DNA of 64,000 nucleotides from Thermoanaerobaculia bacterium. GTDB taxonomy: Bacteria; Acidobacteriota; Thermoanaerobaculia; UBA5066. Below the pieces are notes generated by a model. That model searched no databases. It saw only the letters and a list, made by a program, of their open reading frames with translations, and was not told the origin of the DNA. The DNA is taken from positions 1,717 to 65,716 of the forward strand of contig DATKLW010000173.1 in the NCBI GenBank assembly GCA_035542215.1, given 5' to 3'. Positions 61,593 to 64,000 of this stretch are shown here, piece after piece (the first letter of the stretch is position 1; each line of letters opens with the position of its first letter). A program made the position numbers and the translations under genes.

Positions 61593-62481
61593 GCTGCCCC
61601 TCCACGCCTTCGAACGTCCCGGGTCCCTCGCCGACGTCTGCGCGACGCTGTCGAGGCGCGCCGGCAAGGGCGAGGAGACGGTCCTTCTCGCGGGCGGGAC
61701 GGACTGGGTCGTCGCGCAGCACATGTCTCCGCTCTCGCTCGGCGGGGAGCTCCCGCTCGTCCTCGACGTGTCGCGCGTGCCCGAGATCCGCGGCATCCGG
61801 ATCACGGGCGAGCGCGCCGCGATCGGCGCTGCGGCGACGTACCTCGAGGTGCGACACCACGCGGTGCTCACGCGGCGCGTCCCGATGCTCACGGCGATGG
61901 CGCGCGACGTGGGCGCGCTCCAGATCCAGGCGCGCGGGACGCTCGGCGGCAACCTCGCGACCGCATCCCCCGCGGCCGACGGCAGCGCGGCCCTGATGGC
62001 CCTCGACGCCGACGTCATCCTCGCGAACGTCCACGGAGAGCGCCGGGTCCCGATCGGCCAATGGTTCACGGGCTACCGGCGGACGGCGCGCGCGGACGAC
62101 GAGATCATCGTGCGGATCGAGTTCACGCTGCCACGGACCGGCGGACACCAGCTCTGGCGGAAGGTCGGGACGCGGGCCGCGCAGTCGATCTCGAAAGTGG
62201 CCCTGGCGGCCATCGGCGAATACGAGCGCGGCCGGTGCGTCCGTGTCGGGCTCGGGATGGGGTCCGTCGCGCCGGTCACGGCGTCGCTGCCGACGGTCCG
62301 CGCGCTCGCGGTCTCACCGGGGCCCCAGGTCGTGACCGACGAGCACCTCGACGCCGCCGTCCGCCGCGACATCTCGCCGATCGACGACGTGCGGTCGACG
62401 GCCGCGTACCGGGCGCACGTCGCCTCGGCGCTCGTGCGCGGCTTCTTCCACACGCTGCGCCCGGTCTCGAGCGCGGGCTGA
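61579..62481 (+). CDS. FAD-binding medium subunit of Mo-hydroxylase (CoxM-like)
   Basis: GTG start in frame with track ORF 61474..62481. Motifs LLAGGTDW and TLGGNLATASPA. Confidence 0.85.
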   Translation: MSLAELPLHAFERPGSLADVCATLSRRAGKGEETVLLAGGTDWVVAQHMSPLSLGGELPLVLDVSRVPEIRGIRITGERAAIGAAATYLEVRHHAVLTRRVPMLTAMARDVGALQIQARGTLGGNLATASPAADGSAALMALDADVILANVHGERRVPIGQWFTGYRRTARADDEIIVRIEFTLPRTGGHQLWRKVGTRAAQSISKVALAAIGEYERGRCVRVGLGMGSVAPVTASLPTVRALAVSPGPQVVTDEHLDAAVRRDISPIDDVRSTAAYRAHVASALVRGFFHTLRPVSSAG

Positions 62482-62493
62482 GCGCGTCCCCCC

Positions 62494-64000
62494 TCAGCGC
62501 ACCTCTTCGGCCTGCGCGGGGGCGAGGAGCGGGACGACCGTCCCGCTCACGCGGAACGTCCCGTCCTTCAGAGACTGGATCGTCCCGGCGTATTCGTACG
62601 TCCCGGCCGCGGAAACGGCTCCCCGCTCGATCGTCAGGACGACGGTCTCCCCGGCGCTCTTCCGGATCGTGATCGTCCCCTTCGAGCCGTTCTCGATCAC
62701 GAGGACGAGGACGCCCGGTCCTCCGCGCGGCGGCACGCGGAAGCCGGGCGCGGCGCGGTCGAGCACGCCGCGGTCGAGCGCGGCCGGATCGGGCCCGCCG
62801 GCCCACTGAGCGTCGCCGATGGAGCCCAGCCCGTCCACGGTGACGCGGAAGGCCGTGGACTCGCCGCGGAGGAGGCTGAGCCGGTCCGCGCTCATCCGGA
62901 GACCGATCGCCGCGAGGACGAGGCGGCGCTCGTGCGTCCCCTCGCGCACGACGATCTCGACGGGCCCGGCCGGGACGTCGGGCGGGACGCGCACGACCGC
63001 TTCGCCGGGCGTCTCGCAGACGACCGGCACGGTGCGCCCGCCGACCATGACGCGCGTCGCGCGGCCGTCGCCTCCGAACGGGCCCCTCAGCGTGATCGTC
63101 CCGCCGGGCGTGCACGTCGGGGGTCCGGTCGTCCCGGCCGGCGGAGCCGGCGCGTCGCCCGCGAGGACCGGCACCTCTCCGATCGTCACGGGCTTGCCGC
63201 CGGACGGCGTCACGACGATGCGCGGGCGCACGCCGTCCTTCGGGACGTCGCACGGGATCGGGCCGGTGGCGGGATACGCGGGGCCGTCGCCGACGCGCAC
63301 GGTCGTCCCGTCGAGAACCGGCTTGCCGTCGCGGCCCCTCGGAAGCGGAACCGTCGCCGTGACGACGACGACGTCCCGGAGCGTCTCGTACGTCTTCGGG
63401 TCCGTCACGAGCGTGACCGTCGTCCGCTCGCCGCGGTGCGCGTGCGACGAGACGACGACGCCGACGAGCGTGCTCTCCGACGGGAGCGCCGGGACCGCGG
63501 CGATCAGCGGCGCCGCCGCCGGGCGTGAGCGTGTCTTCGGGTCGCAGAACGCCTCGGCCTCCGGGGGCAGCTTGCCGCCGTTCTGCCGCCTCAGGCACTC
63601 GCAGAGGCCCCGTTTCGCGTTCACCATCGCGAGCTCGGCGGAGGGGCTGTTCGGATTTTCGGCCGCGCGCGAACGGGCCCCCTCGTACTCGTCGCGGAAG
63701 GACTCGCAGGGCGGCGGCGGCGGGCGCACCGGCACCGGGGCCGGCCGGACGTACCGCGCGGGCGGCCGGCAGTAGAGATCGAGCGTGTCGTCGAGGAGCG
63801 CGAGGAGGCCCGCGTCGCCCGCGAGCGACGGGTCGTTCCGGAGCGCGTGCAGGCAGTCGCAGAGCGGCTTCTGCGCGTCCGCGAGCGCTTTTCGTGCGGC
63901 CTCGAGCGCGGCGTCGTCCGCGTTGTCCGCACGGAGGAGGTCGTACGTCATCTGCGCGCGCGAGACGGCGAGGGACTTCTCGCCGTCCGGGTCGCAGCGC
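62494..64000 (-). CDS. hypothetical Cys-rich N-terminal / IPT-TIG-like beta-domain protein; may start beyond the window
   Basis: Track ORF 62494..63951. The frame stays open upstream of M63951 to the window edge (...CDPDGEKSLAVSRAQM). Repeated beta-rich segments. Confidence 0.5.
   Translation of the reverse strand, partial: RCDPDGEKSLAVSRAQMTYDLLRADNADDAALEAARKALADAQKPLCDCLHALRNDPSLAGDAGLLALLDDTLDLYCRPPARYVRPAPVPVRPPPPPCESFRDEYEGARSRAAENPNSPSAELAMVNAKRGLCECLRRQNGGKLPPEAEAFCDPKTRSRPAAAPLIAAVPALPSESTLVGVVVSSHAHRGERTTVTLVTDPKTYETLRDVVVVTATVPLPRGRDGKPVLDGTTVRVGDGPAYPATGPIPCDVPKDGVRPRIVVTPSGGKPVTIGEVPVLAGDAPAPPAGTTGPPTCTPGGTITLRGPFGGDGRATRVMVGGRTVPVVCETPGEAVVRVPPDVPAGPVEIVVREGTHERRLVLAAIGLRMSADRLSLLRGESTAFRVTVDGLGSIGDAQWAGGPDPAALDRGVLDRAAPGFRVPPRGGPGVLVLVIENGSKGTITIRKSAGETVVLTIERGAVSAAGTYEYAGTIQSLKDGTFRVSGTVVPLLAPAQAEEVR

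Noticed and set aside
1-64000. Mobile genetic elements, prophage, defence islands (RM, TA, CBASS, etc.), tRNA or rRNA genes.
   Set aside because: I found no integrase, transposase, recombinase, nuclease, helicase or toxin signatures. No intergenic region is long enough, or suitably structured, to hold an RNA gene.

Overview
The window is a GC-rich bacterial chromosomal segment (by eye well over 60% G+C, not computed) that is densely coding on both strands. I found no rRNA, tRNA, CRISPR array, transposase, integrase or phage genes. The gene content suggests an Acidobacteriota-like environmental bacterium, but this is inference only: GAF-containing sigma-54 activators, a carboxypeptidase-regulatory-like TonB receptor, GT39-TPR, and a Hyb-type hydrogenase.

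Layout:
- 1-3.5 kb: partial DAHP synthase, two hypothetical genes, and a MeaB GTPase fused to methylmalonyl-CoA epimerase.
- 3.5-8.7 kb: a GAF-GAF sigma-54 activator, a tandem duplicated small membrane-protein gene, a globin, and an SDR with a C-terminal extension.
- 8.7-21.7 kb: a complete group-1 Hyb-type [NiFe] hydrogenase operon (hybO-A-B-C-D plus one membrane gene). It lies divergent from hypF-C-D-E-A-B, which is followed by a Rieske protein and a NicO-like Ni/Co transporter.
- 21.7-36.7 kb: radical-SAM-like protein, SPOUT methyltransferase, type IIA topoisomerase B subunit, APC permease, a 14-blade Vgb-like double propeller, an alpha/beta hydrolase, a TonB-dependent receptor, and GT39-TPR.
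- 36.7-39.4 kb: GlcNAc kinase-like gene, murQ, nagA.
- 39.5-48.0 kb: the most unusual locus. It holds STAS, a GAFx3-HlyD protein, a PqqD-like/M50-protease/HlyD fusion, a sigma-54-promoted gene for an 8x11-aa tandem-repeat peptide, a sigma-54 response regulator, a histidine kinase, and a third orphan HlyD adaptor.
- 48.1-54.9 kb: a murein-peptide recycling cluster with unusual beta-lactamase-like fusions and a PAS-GGDEF gene.
- 54.9-64 kb: EamA transporter, small secreted proteins, YfcH-like epimerase, a Mo-hydroxylase L-S-M trio, and a partial Cys-rich/IPT-like protein.

Superimposed on all of this is an AT-rich polypurine/polypyrimidine motif (core TTCTTAGAAGGTGAAG). It recurs at least 15 times, often as inverted pairs, mostly inside coding sequence, in several reading frames, and at domain or gene junctions.

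Caveat: coordinates of internal start codons were derived by hand. All were checked to be in frame with the ORF track. In lines 49201-49860 my base counting disagreed with the track by 1 nt, and I followed the track there.
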